In this document: positions 52,950 through 63,220 of the stretch, one piece after another | Layout: each line of letters begins with the position of its first letter | Position numbering within the stretch: the stretch's first letter is position 1 | The notes under the pieces: generated by a model | Told to the model about the DNA's origin: nothing | The model's database searches: none | What the model saw: only the letters and a program-made list of their open reading frames with translations | Assembly: GCA_039811685.1 (NCBI GenBank) | Contig: JBDHZC010000002.1 | Coordinates: 520,371-584,370 of the forward strand | Length of the DNA: 64,000 bases | Reading direction: 5' to 3' | From: Armatimonadota bacterium | GTDB lineage: Bacteria; Armatimonadota; UBA5829; DSUL01 | Translations under genes and position numbers: made by a program

Positions 52950-53440
52950 TGGAACGACTGTGGGCACCGTGGAGAATGCAGTACATCGACCGCGGAGAGA
53001 CGGAGGGCTGTATCTTTTGTGATAAGCCGCGTCTAGCGGACTCAGAAGCACTTATCGTGCACAGGGCGCAACACACCTTCGTTATGATGAATGCTTTTCC
53101 ATACAACAACGGGCACGTGCTGATAGCTCCCTATAAACACACTTCCAGCATTGGAGACCTTTCACGTGACGAACGTCTCGAAATTATGGATATGCTAGAC
53201 CTGTGCATACAGACCCTCAAGCTCACAGCTAATCCTGAAGGGTATAATTTCGGCGCCAACCTGGGGCGTGTTGCCGGAGCCGGAGTTGCTGAGCATGTCC
53301 ACTTCCATCTTGTGCCTCGCTGGAACGGAGACACGAACTTCATGCCCGTCGTAGCGGATACCAAAGTGCTGCCGGAGGCGCTACAGACAGTGTGCGACAA
53401 GCTGCGAGAAGCGCTCAAGAGATCGAAGCCACAGTCGTGA
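52949..53440 (+). CDS. HIT (histidine triad) family protein
   Basis: HVHFHLVPR histidine-triad motif. Confidence 0.9.
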   Translation: MERLWAPWRMQYIDRGETEGCIFCDKPRLADSEALIVHRAQHTFVMMNAFPYNNGHVLIAPYKHTSSIGDLSRDERLEIMDMLDLCIQTLKLTANPEGYNFGANLGRVAGAGVAEHVHFHLVPRWNGDTNFMPVVADTKVLPEALQTVCDKLREALKRSKPQS

Positions 53441-54087
53441 ACGACTCCCTTACAGAAGCTCTTTCAAGAATCGCCCGGGAAGCTTCCAACTGCCGCAACT
53501 GTGATCTCTCCGAGACACGGACGAATGTGGTGTTCGGCGAGGGCAATCCGGACACGCCGCTGATGATTGTCGGAGAAGGACCGGGGGAGACAGAAGACCT
53601 CACGGGACGGCCATTTGTGGGGCGTGCCGGCGCCCTCCTGGACGAGTGCCTGGCGGAAAACCGAATAACTCGTAAGCACGTCTACATCACAAACGTCGTC
53701 AAGTGTCGCGCTTGCACGCTCGAAGGGAAACGGAAAAAAAACAGACCTCCAACTCCAGGAGAAGTCTCAGCCTGCGCACCCTGGCTACAGCAGCAATTGG
53801 AGATTATCAAGCCGCTTGTTGTGATGTGTATCGGGGCATCCTCCGCTAATGCACTTATCCACAAGAACTTCAAGATTATGCAGGAAAGAGGCAGGTTCTT
53901 TGAAGTTCCGTTCGCACGCGCGGCGATTGCTGCGCTGCACCCGGCTTACATCCTTCGGCAGCACGGGCAAGCCTATCAGGACGCACGCGCCACGCTTGTC
54001 GCTGATATCGCAGCAGCTCGACAGAAGGTTATCGAGATCAAGAAAGCCGACGATTACGCAAGCGAGAGCGGTCTTTTCCAGCCATAG
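53437..54087 (+). CDS. Uracil-DNA glycosylase, family 4 (4Fe-4S)
   Basis: CRNCDL cluster cysteines and motifs GEGPGETEDLTGRPFVGRAGALL, HPAY. Start chosen at GTG 53437 (4-nt GTGA overlap with the HIT stop). The ORF track extends to 53392 with a 49-nt overlap. Confidence 0.8.
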   Translation: MNDSLTEALSRIAREASNCRNCDLSETRTNVVFGEGNPDTPLMIVGEGPGETEDLTGRPFVGRAGALLDECLAENRITRKHVYITNVVKCRACTLEGKRKKNRPPTPGEVSACAPWLQQQLEIIKPLVVMCIGASSANALIHKNFKIMQERGRFFEVPFARAAIAALHPAYILRQHGQAYQDARATLVADIAAARQKVIEIKKADDYASESGLFQP

Positions 54088-54963
54088 TTAGCGTGCTGGG
54101 AGATAGTTGTCTGCGAGCAATGTCAACAGGCGATCGAGATCGTCTTGACCATAGAATTCGATCTCGATTGTCCCTCTGTCTTCCCCAAAGCGAATCCGGA
54201 CTCGAGTCTTGAGTATCTGCCTGAGCTGGTCTTCAACAGCCTTTAGATTCGGCTCGACGCCAGGGAGGGAATTTGTTTCACGTGAAACATTCCGGCCTGC
54301 CAGCGATGACGCCCAGCTTCTTGCGAGTCTCTCTGCCTCCCGAACTGAGCACTGCTTGCGGACAATTTCATCTGCTACCAGGGCTTGGCCAGCCGGGCTT
54401 ACAATCGATAGTAATGCCCGCGCATGGCCTTCCGTCATTTCCCCTTTTTCAACGCGCGCCTGGATCGCTTCCGGCAATTGCAGCAATCGGAGGGTATTGG
54501 CAACCGCGGAACGAGACTTCCCCACACGCGCTGCTACGTCCTCTTGAGACAAGTCGAACTCGTCCATCAAACGCCGATAGGCTCGCGCAGCATCCAGCGG
54601 ACTGATGTCTTCGCGCTGAATGTTCTCGATCAGAGCAACTTCCAGCGACTCCTGGTCTGCCATCTCTCGCAGAATCACGGGAATGGACGTCAATCCGGCC
54701 GAGCGCGCCGCGCGCAGGCGTCTTTCGCCGGCCACCAATTCGTACCGACCTGCTCCGGCGCTTCGAACCACTATTGGCTGGATGACACCATGCTCACGGA
54801 TGGACGCCGCAAGCTCTGCGATAGACCCTTCGTCAAGGTTCTTCCGAGGCTGATACGGGTTGAAAGAGATCGCACTCAGCTCGATCTCCTTTACCCCGGT
54901 CGCTGGAGTCCCGCTACCGGGAATAAGCGCCGAAAGTCCCTTACCCAGACCTTTCCTGTCCAA
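54088..54963 (-). CDS. parB: ParB/Spo0J chromosome partitioning protein
   Basis: KGLGKGLSALI N-terminus, ParB box GERRLRAA, HTH region. TTG start with GGAGGTG RBS. Confidence 0.9.
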   Translation of the reverse strand: MDRKGLGKGLSALIPGSGTPATGVKEIELSAISFNPYQPRKNLDEGSIAELAASIREHGVIQPIVVRSAGAGRYELVAGERRLRAARSAGLTSIPVILREMADQESLEVALIENIQREDISPLDAARAYRRLMDEFDLSQEDVAARVGKSRSAVANTLRLLQLPEAIQARVEKGEMTEGHARALLSIVSPAGQALVADEIVRKQCSVREAERLARSWASSLAGRNVSRETNSLPGVEPNLKAVEDQLRQILKTRVRIRFGEDRGTIEIEFYGQDDLDRLLTLLADNYLPAR

Positions 54964-55717
54964 ATCGAATCACCTCCGCTGCAAGTCGACGATAGCTCTC
55001 TGCGCCCTTAGACCGCGCATCATACAGTACGATGGGCAACCCATGACTGGGCGCCTCCGACAGACGGACATTGCGCGGGACAACAGTCGGCGAGACCAGC
55101 TCACCAAAGTGATCTCGCACCTCTCGCACGACATCCTGGCTCAGTTTCGTGCGGTAATCGAACATCGTCAGCACCACGCGAGCAATCTCCAAAGATGGAT
55201 TCAGCTCACGCCGCACGAGTTCGACCGTCTTCAAGAGCTGGCTGATTCCCTCCAGCGCATAGTATTCACACTGGATCGGTATCAGCACATATCTCGCCGC
55301 CGTCAAAACATTGATGGTCAGTAAGCCAAGAGCTGGCGCGCAGTCCATGATAATCCAGCGATACCGCTCCTCAACCGAACTCAGGGCACTCTTCAGGCGA
55401 GACTCGCGTGAAATCAGCGAGATCAGCTCAATATCCGCTCCTGCCAGATCCAGAGTCGACGGGACAACGTCCAGGTGAGGGATAGCCGAGGGCACGATTG
55501 CTTCCTCTAGCGGCCGACCACCCAGTATGGCGTCGTATACGGTTGTCTCAATGCGACTCTTATCAAGACCGATGCCGGTCGTCGCGTTGGCCTGTGGATC
55601 TACGTCAATCAACAGGACGTCTTCACCGGCTACCGCGAGGCACGCGGCGACGTTGACGGCTGTGGTAGTCTTGCCGACTCCGCCCTTCTGGTTGACGACT
55701 GCAAATTTGAATGCCAC
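54941..55717 (-). CDS. parA: ParA/Soj chromosome partitioning ATPase
   Basis: Deviant Walker A: NQKGGVGKTTTAVN. GTG start. Confidence 0.9.
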   Translation of the reverse strand: MAFKFAVVNQKGGVGKTTTAVNVAACLAVAGEDVLLIDVDPQANATTGIGLDKSRIETTVYDAILGGRPLEEAIVPSAIPHLDVVPSTLDLAGADIELISLISRESRLKSALSSVEERYRWIIMDCAPALGLLTINVLTAARYVLIPIQCEYYALEGISQLLKTVELVRRELNPSLEIARVVLTMFDYRTKLSQDVVREVRDHFGELVSPTVVPRNVRLSEAPSHGLPIVLYDARSKGAESYRRLAAEVIRFGQERSG

Positions 55718-55921
55718 TATGTCAGTGTTTTTCCGTTCCTGCTCCTGGGGTCGCCATTTCTGTTACCGAAGGGTAGCAGTGTAGCAGACTCGTCGCCAGA
55801 GCATCACCAATGTACGCCCAAGCGGCTCAGTTCGTCAATATCGCAGCCCAAATTGTCCTTTCTGAGAGACTATCTCCTGCTGTGTAATCTGTTATAATAG
55901 CCGCGCGATTGCTGGGAATGG

Positions 55922-56911
55922 ATGCCTATGCCGACACTTGGACTTGAAGAAGAAGTATTCATAACCGAGCCTGAGCGACCATCACTGCGGTCGCTGTACT
56001 ATCTGGCACGCCTCTTGGCAAAGAACCCGAGATACTACTATGTGCACTCTGCGTCCAACTTTGCGCGTCTGGGCGACATTCGGCACGGGTTGATGAGTGG
56101 CGTTGAGATTTCTACCGGCGTCCACACAGATGCAGAGGCGCTTCTGGAAGACCTTGCGAAGCGCCGCCAGGACCTCAGCTCCGTCGCCAGCGGACTGATC
56201 GTCTCAGTGGGACATCTTCTCGAGCAAAACACCCCCTCGAACGTCTGTGGGCTTCAGATACACGTCGGATCCCGCAATAAAGAGCGCACTTACAGAAATA
56301 TCGTCCATTTTCTCCCACTGCTCATGCTGTTGACAGCGAACTCACCAGGAGTCAATGGGCGACGCTATGGGAAGTCCTACCGAATCGCCAACTCCTTTGC
56401 CATCGGCCCCCTGACTCCCGATCGGACTCGGCGCTTTCAGGACATTATCTACTCCAAACGACTTGGCACCATTGAGGTCCGGGTCTGTGATCCGACCTGG
56501 GACCGCAACAGAATCCTTGCGCTCATAAGGGCTCTGGTCGCGATAGAAGCCCTGGGAGTGGAGTATCCGTTCAACCCTGTAGAGTACAACGAAATGCGAG
56601 GGATATCGGCGTCTGAGGGTTACACAGAGAGACACAAGACGCTCTACGGGGAGTTGTCGCAAATATGCGACGTGGATGAGTCACTCTTTATCACGTCTCC
56701 GGCGGATCAGCTCTGGGATATCTACCAGCAACAGGGAAGCGTAGCCGCATATTCAGCCGTCGACAGCAGCTACCGTGGAGGTGAGTTCGCACCTCATCCC
56801 GTCAAGCGGCGGCATGTGCTGGGAGAGATCGCTGCGGGCGCTGCAGGACTTGCTGGATACTTCGTGCCCAAACTACCGTATTACACCTGGAAGGCTATCA
56901 TCGAATCATAG
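55922..56911 (+). CDS. Glutamate--cysteine ligase family 2 (YbdK-like carboxylate-amine ligase)
   Basis: N-terminal TLGLEEEVFI and overall GCS2 pattern (VHVG...R, LLTANSP). Confidence 0.7.
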   Translation: MPMPTLGLEEEVFITEPERPSLRSLYYLARLLAKNPRYYYVHSASNFARLGDIRHGLMSGVEISTGVHTDAEALLEDLAKRRQDLSSVASGLIVSVGHLLEQNTPSNVCGLQIHVGSRNKERTYRNIVHFLPLLMLLTANSPGVNGRRYGKSYRIANSFAIGPLTPDRTRRFQDIIYSKRLGTIEVRVCDPTWDRNRILALIRALVAIEALGVEYPFNPVEYNEMRGISASEGYTERHKTLYGELSQICDVDESLFITSPADQLWDIYQQQGSVAAYSAVDSSYRGGEFAPHPVKRRHVLGEIAAGAAGLAGYFVPKLPYYTWKAIIES

Positions 56912-56942
56912 GCTTCTGCGTCTCAGCTAGATTCTGTCTATC

Positions 56943-57659
56943 GTGATCACATTTCTTCTGACAATTGCGGCGCTGGTCTTTTGTGGCGGCCTCGGGCTCG
57001 TATTTCTGCGGACCGTCTGGTTCCACAGAGATCCGAAACGCGTCCCATCGCTCACGGAAGATGTCCTTATTGCTCCTGCGGACGGGATGGTCGTGTACAC
57101 GCGCCCGTTCCAGGAAGGGCGCGTAGTTTCAGACAAACTTGGAGAGCAGATTCCCATAACTGAGATCCTCCACGAAGGACAGGCTGCTGGTTCAGGATGG
57201 ATGCTCGGCATCTACATGTCGCCGTTAGACGTGCACTTCAACTACGCACCCTGCGGCGGAGTCGTTGAGAGCATCCACCACAAACAGGCGGAGCTGAATC
57301 TCCCAATGATCGATATGTGGGAATATGTCCGAATCGTATGGTTCCGCCGGCTGGTCCAACTCTTTGGACGGCGCTTCCATCTGGAAAATGAACGCAGCAC
57401 GTTCTTTCTTCAGTGCGGGTCTCTGCGCCTTGCAGTGGTCTTGATAGCTGACAAGTTTGTCAGCAAGATACAGACTTTTGTCTCTTCTGGCGACAGCGTC
57501 AGGTGCGCTGACAAGCTTGCCTTTATCGGTCGCGGATCGCAGGCGGATGTCGTTATCTTTGACCAGAATGTCGAGCTGACCGTAGCGCCAGGCCAGCGTG
57601 TGCGCGGCGGAGAGACAGTCATTGCAAAGCTAAAGAGGAGTCAGCGATGCGACGCATGA
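56943..57659 (+). CDS. psd: Phosphatidylserine decarboxylase family protein (short form)
   Basis: Motifs FHRDPKR, IAPADG, YMSPLDVHFNYAPCGG (LSP.DYHR.H.P..G signature) and FIGRGS near the processing site. Confidence 0.8.
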   Translation: MITFLLTIAALVFCGGLGLVFLRTVWFHRDPKRVPSLTEDVLIAPADGMVVYTRPFQEGRVVSDKLGEQIPITEILHEGQAAGSGWMLGIYMSPLDVHFNYAPCGGVVESIHHKQAELNLPMIDMWEYVRIVWFRRLVQLFGRRFHLENERSTFFLQCGSLRLAVVLIADKFVSKIQTFVSSGDSVRCADKLAFIGRGSQADVVIFDQNVELTVAPGQRVRGGETVIAKLKRSQRCDA

Positions 57660-58015
57660 ACTCAGCAGTGCCAATCGTTCTCATCGCGCTTATACTTTTT
57701 CAGTCGTGGCAGATCGTGCAGCTACGGCGTCAGGTCCAGGCCATTTTGCAGACGCAAGATCATCCCGCAGCCGTGTCCGATTCAGTGACCAAACGTGAGA
57801 CCGCGGCGCAGTATCTGCGGAAGGCGTTAAATGCTTTGCAGAGTGGTAAGATTGAACAAGCTCAAAAGGCAGCCAGGACTGGTGTGGCCGAGCTGGAGAG
57901 ATATGCTCGCAAACCTCAATCCATCACTATCCAAAAAGGACTGCAGGCGACCAGAGAGCACTTGGAGAAACAGTTACATTTCATCTATCAACCCGCTAAA
58001 GACGGCAAGAAGTGA
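57647..58015 (+). CDS. Small membrane-anchored hypothetical protein (N-terminal TM helix plus charged helical region)
   Basis: MRRMNSAVPIVLIALILFQSW TM segment. Overlaps the psd end by 13 nt. Confidence 0.5.
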   Translation: MRRMNSAVPIVLIALILFQSWQIVQLRRQVQAILQTQDHPAAVSDSVTKRETAAQYLRKALNALQSGKIEQAQKAARTGVAELERYARKPQSITIQKGLQATREHLEKQLHFIYQPAKDGKK

Positions 58016-58037
58016 CTCATCTCTGCAGGTTGCGCGG

Positions 58038-58730
58038 GTGACAGTCACTTGCATAGTGCCTGCCTACAACGAGGCCTCCAGGATAAAACCCGTGCTGGAG
58101 GCAATTCACCGCGCCTCCCTGGTTGACGACATCCTGGTGGTGAGCGACGGTTCGAGAGACCGCACCTACGACACCGCTTTGGAGGTATGCGGAGTCCGAG
58201 CTGTTGAACTGGCGAATAACAGCGGCAAGGCAGCGGCTATGTGTGCAGGCGCTTCGCGCTGTGAGGCGGATATCATTCTCTTCCTGGATGCGGATTTGTC
58301 TGGTCTTGAGCCACGACACGTAGACGCCATCGTGAAGCCTGTGCTGGAAGGCTCTGCTGACATGGCCGTAGGCGTCTTTCGCGGCGGCCGTTTCTGGACT
58401 GATCTCGCGCAAAAAATAGCGCCGGTTATTTCTGGTCAACGCGCCATCCGCCGCGATCTCTTCCTCCAGGTCCCTCATCTTGAAGAGGTACGTATGGGAG
58501 TGGAGATCGCGCTTACCCAGTGGTCACGAGTGAACCGGATTCGCGTGGCAGAGGTGATTCTGGACGGAGTGACGCACCCTATGAAAGAGGAGAAGCTGGG
58601 GCGCATTCGAGGGTTTGGTTCGCGCATGCTTATGTACTGGGAGATTGGTAAAGTCATGATGACCAGCCGCCATCTGCGCAACGGTTGCAGTGCAAAGCAG
58701 AGCTCTCACGTCGAGGACTCATCCCACTAG
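58038..58730 (+). CDS. Glycosyltransferase family 2 (DPM1-like) protein
   Basis: IVPAYNEASRI, DGSRDRT, LFLDADL motifs. GTG start at 58038, just after the stop of the upstream gene. The ORF track extension to 57831 overlaps that gene. Confidence 0.8.
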   Translation: MTVTCIVPAYNEASRIKPVLEAIHRASLVDDILVVSDGSRDRTYDTALEVCGVRAVELANNSGKAAAMCAGASRCEADIILFLDADLSGLEPRHVDAIVKPVLEGSADMAVGVFRGGRFWTDLAQKIAPVISGQRAIRRDLFLQVPHLEEVRMGVEIALTQWSRVNRIRVAEVILDGVTHPMKEEKLGRIRGFGSRMLMYWEIGKVMMTSRHLRNGCSAKQSSHVEDSSH

Positions 58731-58889
58731 CTGGACTTCCCCACTCCGCTATCTTGCCAAGGGCGACATCCGCCGCGCTTCTTCAGATGGAAGAATCATT
58801 GCTGCGAACAAATGTACGGCAAAACGGGGTGTTCGTACTGTCTTTTCGGCACTCATTTGTTGTAGAATGAGAGCAATAGGGAGTTACGC

Positions 58890-59921
58890 TTGACACTGGA
58901 CCCGTTCGACGTACGCATAACAGGTGGAGACAGGCTTGAGGAGGACGCACAGGCTGAAGTCTCCCTCCGGCCCAGACGATTACAGGAATTCGTCGGCCAG
59001 GACAAAGTTAAAGCTAACCTGTCGGTGTTTCTGGAAGCAGCGAGACGGCGAGGGGAAGCCCTGGATCACGTTCTGCTCTATGGTCCGCCAGGGCTCGGTA
59101 AGACGACACTTTCGCACATTATCGCCAGCGAAATGGATGTCGGGCTGCGGACCACCAGCGGCCCGGCAATTGAGCGGCCGGGCGATCTGGCAGCCATTCT
59201 GACTAACCTGGAGCCTGGAAGCGTTCTGTTCATCGACGAAATCCATAGACTCTCGAGAGTCGTCGAGGAGATTTTGTATCCAGCGCTTGAAGACAGGCAA
59301 CTGGATCTCGTGATCGGCAAGGGGCCCAGCGCTCGAACGTTGAAGCTTCCGCTGCCAGCCTTCACGCTCGTCGGAGCGACTACAAGAGCTGGCATGCTGA
59401 CTTCGCCTCTGCGCGAGCGCTTTGGCATCGTGCATCATCTGGAGTATTACGATACACAGGCGCTGACAAGTATTGTCGGACGCTCAGCGGGGATTCTAGG
59501 GACTCCGGTTGAAGCTGAAGCATCCGAGGAGATAGCGTCACGAAGTCGTGGAACGCCCCGGGTGGCAAATCGTCTTTTGAGAAGAACGAGAGACTTTGCG
59601 GATGTTGACGGTACGGGTGAAATTACCCTCCGGCAGGCGCGTAACGCGCTGGATCGTCTCGAGATAGACGAAGCGGGGCTGGACGCAACGGACAGAAAGA
59701 TGTTGATCGCGCTGGTGGAGCGCTTCGGAGGCGGTCCTGTCGGGCTGGAGACAATAGCCGCGAGCATCAGCGAAGATCGGGATACGGTCGAGGATGTCTA
59801 TGAGCCATTCCTCCTGCAGCAGGGTTTTCTGGAGCGAACCAGCCGCGGGCGAATGGCGACGAAACTGGCCTATCAGCACCTGGGGCGAGCCTACGATGCC
59901 CGACAGCAGACGCTGCTGTAG
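58890..59921 (+). CDS. ruvB: Holliday junction branch migration DNA helicase RuvB
   Basis: [12 protein letters not shown], Walker [10 protein letters not shown], Walker [13 protein letters not shown] start with AGGGAG RBS. Confidence 0.95.
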   Translation: MTLDPFDVRITGGDRLEEDAQAEVSLRPRRLQEFVGQDKVKANLSVFLEAARRRGEALDHVLLYGPPGLGKTTLSHIIASEMDVGLRTTSGPAIERPGDLAAILTNLEPGSVLFIDEIHRLSRVVEEILYPALEDRQLDLVIGKGPSARTLKLPLPAFTLVGATTRAGMLTSPLRERFGIVHHLEYYDTQALTSIVGRSAGILGTPVEAEASEEIASRSRGTPRVANRLLRRTRDFADVDGTGEITLRQARNALDRLEIDEAGLDATDRKMLIALVERFGGGPVGLETIAASISEDRDTVEDVYEPFLLQQGFLERTSRGRMATKLAYQHLGRAYDARQQTLL

Positions 59922-60006
59922 CCTGATTACTCCAGTAGAGCGAACTGTGGGAGTGGACAGGGCGCGGGGATCGTGGAGACTGAGTTTGCGCATTGACGAC
60001 CCGCTT

Positions 60007-61182
60007 ATGGAAGCGAGCGAAACGATGTTCTGCACACAGTGTGGAATTCAAAACACCGAAGAAAGCAACTTCTGCCGAAAGTGCGGAGCACGACTTCGAA
60101 CACCCAGAATGAGCGCGACGGACAACTTGCAGGAGACAGCCAATCTGGCTACAGACCTGTCGCCACCCGATGACGAAAAAGTCTCGCGACTGCTCGATCG
60201 CGCCTTTCAGCTCTACGACGAAGGAGCGCTTGATCAGGCCTTTGAGGTCTGCCGCACAGCCTTGCGTCTCAATCCCGACAGCGTAACTGCGCGTTCACTG
60301 CTCTCTAACATCTATGAGCGGCAGGGTCAGATCGATGCCGCTGTTCGGCAGATGGAGCGCGTTGTCGAGATCAATCCCGAGAGTACGGCAGACATCGAAC
60401 GCCTTGCGTCGCTGCGAACTCGGCAGAAGCTGCTCGCGGATGATACTCCTCAGCGACCGCAGCGCACAGGTCCCTCTTACCGGCAGCTCATTCTGAACAA
60501 TCCGTCCGTCCTGGCCGCAACCGGCGCTATAGCGATCGTCCTGCTCGCTGTCGTTGCTTTTGATATGAGAGGAAAAGCTGCAGAGCATCCTGTCTCACAA
60601 CCCACCGCTCCTGCCACTCAGACTGTCCCGGATGCCGGTGCTGGCGCAAACGCAAGCAGCCCGGACACTGGTAGCTCACCCTTTGTCAATGGCAGCGTAT
60701 TTGACGGGACGGTCTCCTCGTCAACCACTCGCGCGTCTGCTATGGCACGGGAGGCTACGCAGGAGCCGACTCCCGCATCAACGAGCACTCCATCAGTGCC
60801 CGACTCAAGACCTGCCTCCAACACAGCTCCGGCGCGCACACAAACCCCTGCTGGCGCCTCAGCGCAGCCCGCGCCAGCTCCCGCCCGCCCATCGCCTGCG
60901 CCACCGCCCCGAATGAGCATCACGCGCAGTTCTCCCCCGCCAACCCCACCTGACAACGGGGCTAACGCGTCTGCCAACGCATCGACTCCTTCTGGAAAAG
61001 ACTATCAGCAGAAGGCGATGGAAGCGCAAAACAGAGGAGATCGCGCGGCGGCGGTGGACAACTTCAAGCGCGCTATCGCCGCCTACCGCGCAGAAGCCGG
61101 CAGAAGCGCGAACAGTTTTGAAGCTCAACAAGGTGTGCGCTCGTGTCAACTGGCGCTCAAGTTGCTGGGTGAGTCTGAATAG
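60007..61182 (+). CDS. Zinc-ribbon plus TPR membrane protein with a long Pro/Ala/Thr/Ser-rich low-complexity segment
   Basis: N-terminal double-CxxC zinc ribbon (CTQCGIQN...CRKCGARL), TPR-like helices, one TM helix (VLAATGAIAIVLLAVVAF), then about 120 aa of PAPT-rich sequence and C-terminal TPR-like helices. Start at internal ATG 60007, after the ruvB stop. Confidence 0.65.
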   Translation: MEASETMFCTQCGIQNTEESNFCRKCGARLRTPRMSATDNLQETANLATDLSPPDDEKVSRLLDRAFQLYDEGALDQAFEVCRTALRLNPDSVTARSLLSNIYERQGQIDAAVRQMERVVEINPESTADIERLASLRTRQKLLADDTPQRPQRTGPSYRQLILNNPSVLAATGAIAIVLLAVVAFDMRGKAAEHPVSQPTAPATQTVPDAGAGANASSPDTGSSPFVNGSVFDGTVSSSTTRASAMAREATQEPTPASTSTPSVPDSRPASNTAPARTQTPAGASAQPAPAPARPSPAPPPRMSITRSSPPPTPPDNGANASANASTPSGKDYQQKAMEAQNRGDRAAAVDNFKRAIAAYRAEAGRSANSFEAQQGVRSCQLALKLLGESE

Positions 61183-61195
61183 GAAAGGCTTTGCG

Positions 61196-62899
61196 ATGCG
61201 TCCCACACCCGGATGGTTGTATGCCGGTGGAAGCTGTGCATCTATGCTGAGAGGGACAGCGGTTTCGATAGGGGCTATTCTGTCCGTGCTGGTGCTGAGC
61301 TCTGCCGGGTGGAGTGCGCACAACTCACGCGCCGACCGCATCCTGCTCGCTCCGATTGGAGGCGAGAAGCCACTGGCTGGCGCGGTCACGCGCGCGATTA
61401 AGGCGAACCTGCGGCAAAGTCAAATGCTGGAGGTAACTGAGTTTCGCCCGGATCTTCCCACTCTGAAGCGCGCTGTCCTGGAGAAAAGACTTGCGGGCAG
61501 CGATCTGGATTCCACAGACGCAAAGTCGCGCCAGAGAGTCGGCGCTGCGCTGGAAGTGGACTATGTGCTGTTCGGCGATGCAAAGGGTTCTTCCGGCAGG
61601 ATTGACCTGAAGATGTCGGCCATTCAGGTCAGCAGTGGCCGTCAGACAGACTTTGAAGCGTCGATGAGTACGGCGCCCGGGATAGGGCAGGACACACTGG
61701 TGCTTTCTGCCGCCAATACAGTGGTCTCCAAATTCATGCAGCAGGTTCTGGGGCTGGTGCCGCCCGCCGAGCCTGCTGTGATACCCGGAGGACTCGGTCT
61801 TCCGCACGATCCTGTGACTGGAAGCTCATCCGGCACTGGCGACAATCCGTCAACTACCAACCCTTCCGCTGAACCAAGCACCGGTGAGAACGCGCCGAAA
61901 GGTGAGCAGCCGGGAGACACACATCCAACGCCGGCAAGTCCGGCGCTGTCACAGAGGGAGGCACTTCCTGTCAGGCCGGGACCGGACACTGCGGCGTATA
62001 CAACACAGGCGGAATCCCTTGCGGCTTCTGGCGACCTCGCAGGCGCTATTCAGGCAATGCGCACGGCTGTCAATTTGTCTCCTGACAACGTCGATCTGCG
62101 GTTGAAGCTGGCGGAGTATTACGAACGCAAAGGGATGAATGAAGAAGCCTCCAGCGAGAGGCAGCGCGCGATGAAGCTAGCTCCGGGCGAAGCGGGATCT
62201 CAACACGAGATCGCGGCGCAACTGGAAGCCAGCGGCTCTGACGACGACGCTGAACGCGTCTATCGCACTATTCTTGACGCCAGCCCCAAAGACATCAAGG
62301 CACGCATTGCGCTTGGAGATGTTCTCTGGAACAAGGGGAAGGTTGACGACGCCGGCCTGGAGTACGCACAGGCGGCCAGCGATGCGCCCTCTGATCCCGC
62401 TCCCCAGGAGCGCCTGGCACGGCTGTTTGCTTCGCGCGGGCAGTTTCTAGAGGCGACCAGTAGCCTTGCCACGTCCAAAATGCTGCGCGGCCAGGACGAT
62501 GACCACCCTGTCGAGCCCGGCCTTTACCGTTCGCTCCTCCAGAGCTCAGACATCGCCTACAACAAGGAACTCACAGCGCTGAGCTCTGCTGCCACCGCGT
62601 TTCGGAAAGGCGAGATCACTCGCGAGGATTATTACAACAAGATCCGGGCTCTGGTAACAGAAGTGGAGCAGCTTGTGGACTTCCTTAGCGACCTTGATCC
62701 ACCTGACAACTACGCGAAATCGCATCTGTACCGGACTCTGGCAGCCAGCCTTCTTGCTCAGTCGGTAACAGCGACACAGGAATGGCTGCTCAAGAACGAG
62801 GCAGCGCAGAAAGAGCAGGCAGAGCAATTTCAGCGGGAGTCACAGATACAGATGGATTCTGCGTCACAGTTGGAGCGCCGCGTTCGCGCCGGACCCTGA
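61196..62899 (+). CDS. Secreted TPR-repeat protein
   Basis: ATG 61196 with AGGAAAGG RBS. Signal peptide; TPR-like repeats (AESLAASGDLAGAIQAMRTAVNLSPDN, LKLAEYYERKGMNEEA...). Confidence 0.7.
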   Translation: MRPTPGWLYAGGSCASMLRGTAVSIGAILSVLVLSSAGWSAHNSRADRILLAPIGGEKPLAGAVTRAIKANLRQSQMLEVTEFRPDLPTLKRAVLEKRLAGSDLDSTDAKSRQRVGAALEVDYVLFGDAKGSSGRIDLKMSAIQVSSGRQTDFEASMSTAPGIGQDTLVLSAANTVVSKFMQQVLGLVPPAEPAVIPGGLGLPHDPVTGSSSGTGDNPSTTNPSAEPSTGENAPKGEQPGDTHPTPASPALSQREALPVRPGPDTAAYTTQAESLAASGDLAGAIQAMRTAVNLSPDNVDLRLKLAEYYERKGMNEEASSERQRAMKLAPGEAGSQHEIAAQLEASGSDDDAERVYRTILDASPKDIKARIALGDVLWNKGKVDDAGLEYAQAASDAPSDPAPQERLARLFASRGQFLEATSSLATSKMLRGQDDDHPVEPGLYRSLLQSSDIAYNKELTALSSAATAFRKGEITREDYYNKIRALVTEVEQLVDFLSDLDPPDNYAKSHLYRTLAASLLAQSVTATQEWLLKNEAAQKEQAEQFQRESQIQMDSASQLERRVRAGP

Positions 62900-63142
62900 A
62901 AGGGCGATCGTACCTGGAACCCTCATTCGTCCGTAACCTCGTGTATGCCACCAGTCTGGAGCCGCGTTATTTACGGCAGCGTTAGCGCGCAAGGCCGAGC
63001 GCTTTGTTGTCTCTGTCGAAAAAGCGTTTCTGAAGCTCCTGTGAGTGCTCTCAGCACTGTCCACAACAGACCTGCGCACGAGACTGAGGTTCCTGGCGAA
63101 AGCATCCGATATTAATTTGATGCTGCCGATCCGGACGCCGCG

Positions 63143-63210
63143 CCGGACTCGGCTAAAGCCGGTCTCGGCCAAAGCCGGTCTCGGCCAAAGCCGGTCTCGG
63201 CTAAGAAGGT
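63143..63210 (+). repeat. 16-bp tandem repeat (about 3.7 units) immediately upstream of the histidine kinase start
   Basis: ggctaaagccggtctc, ggccaaagccggtctc, ggccaaagccggtctc, ggctaagaaggt... The last partial unit supplies the AAGAAGGT RBS for the GTG at 63221. Confidence 0.8.
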
Positions 63211-63220
63211 ACCCACACGC

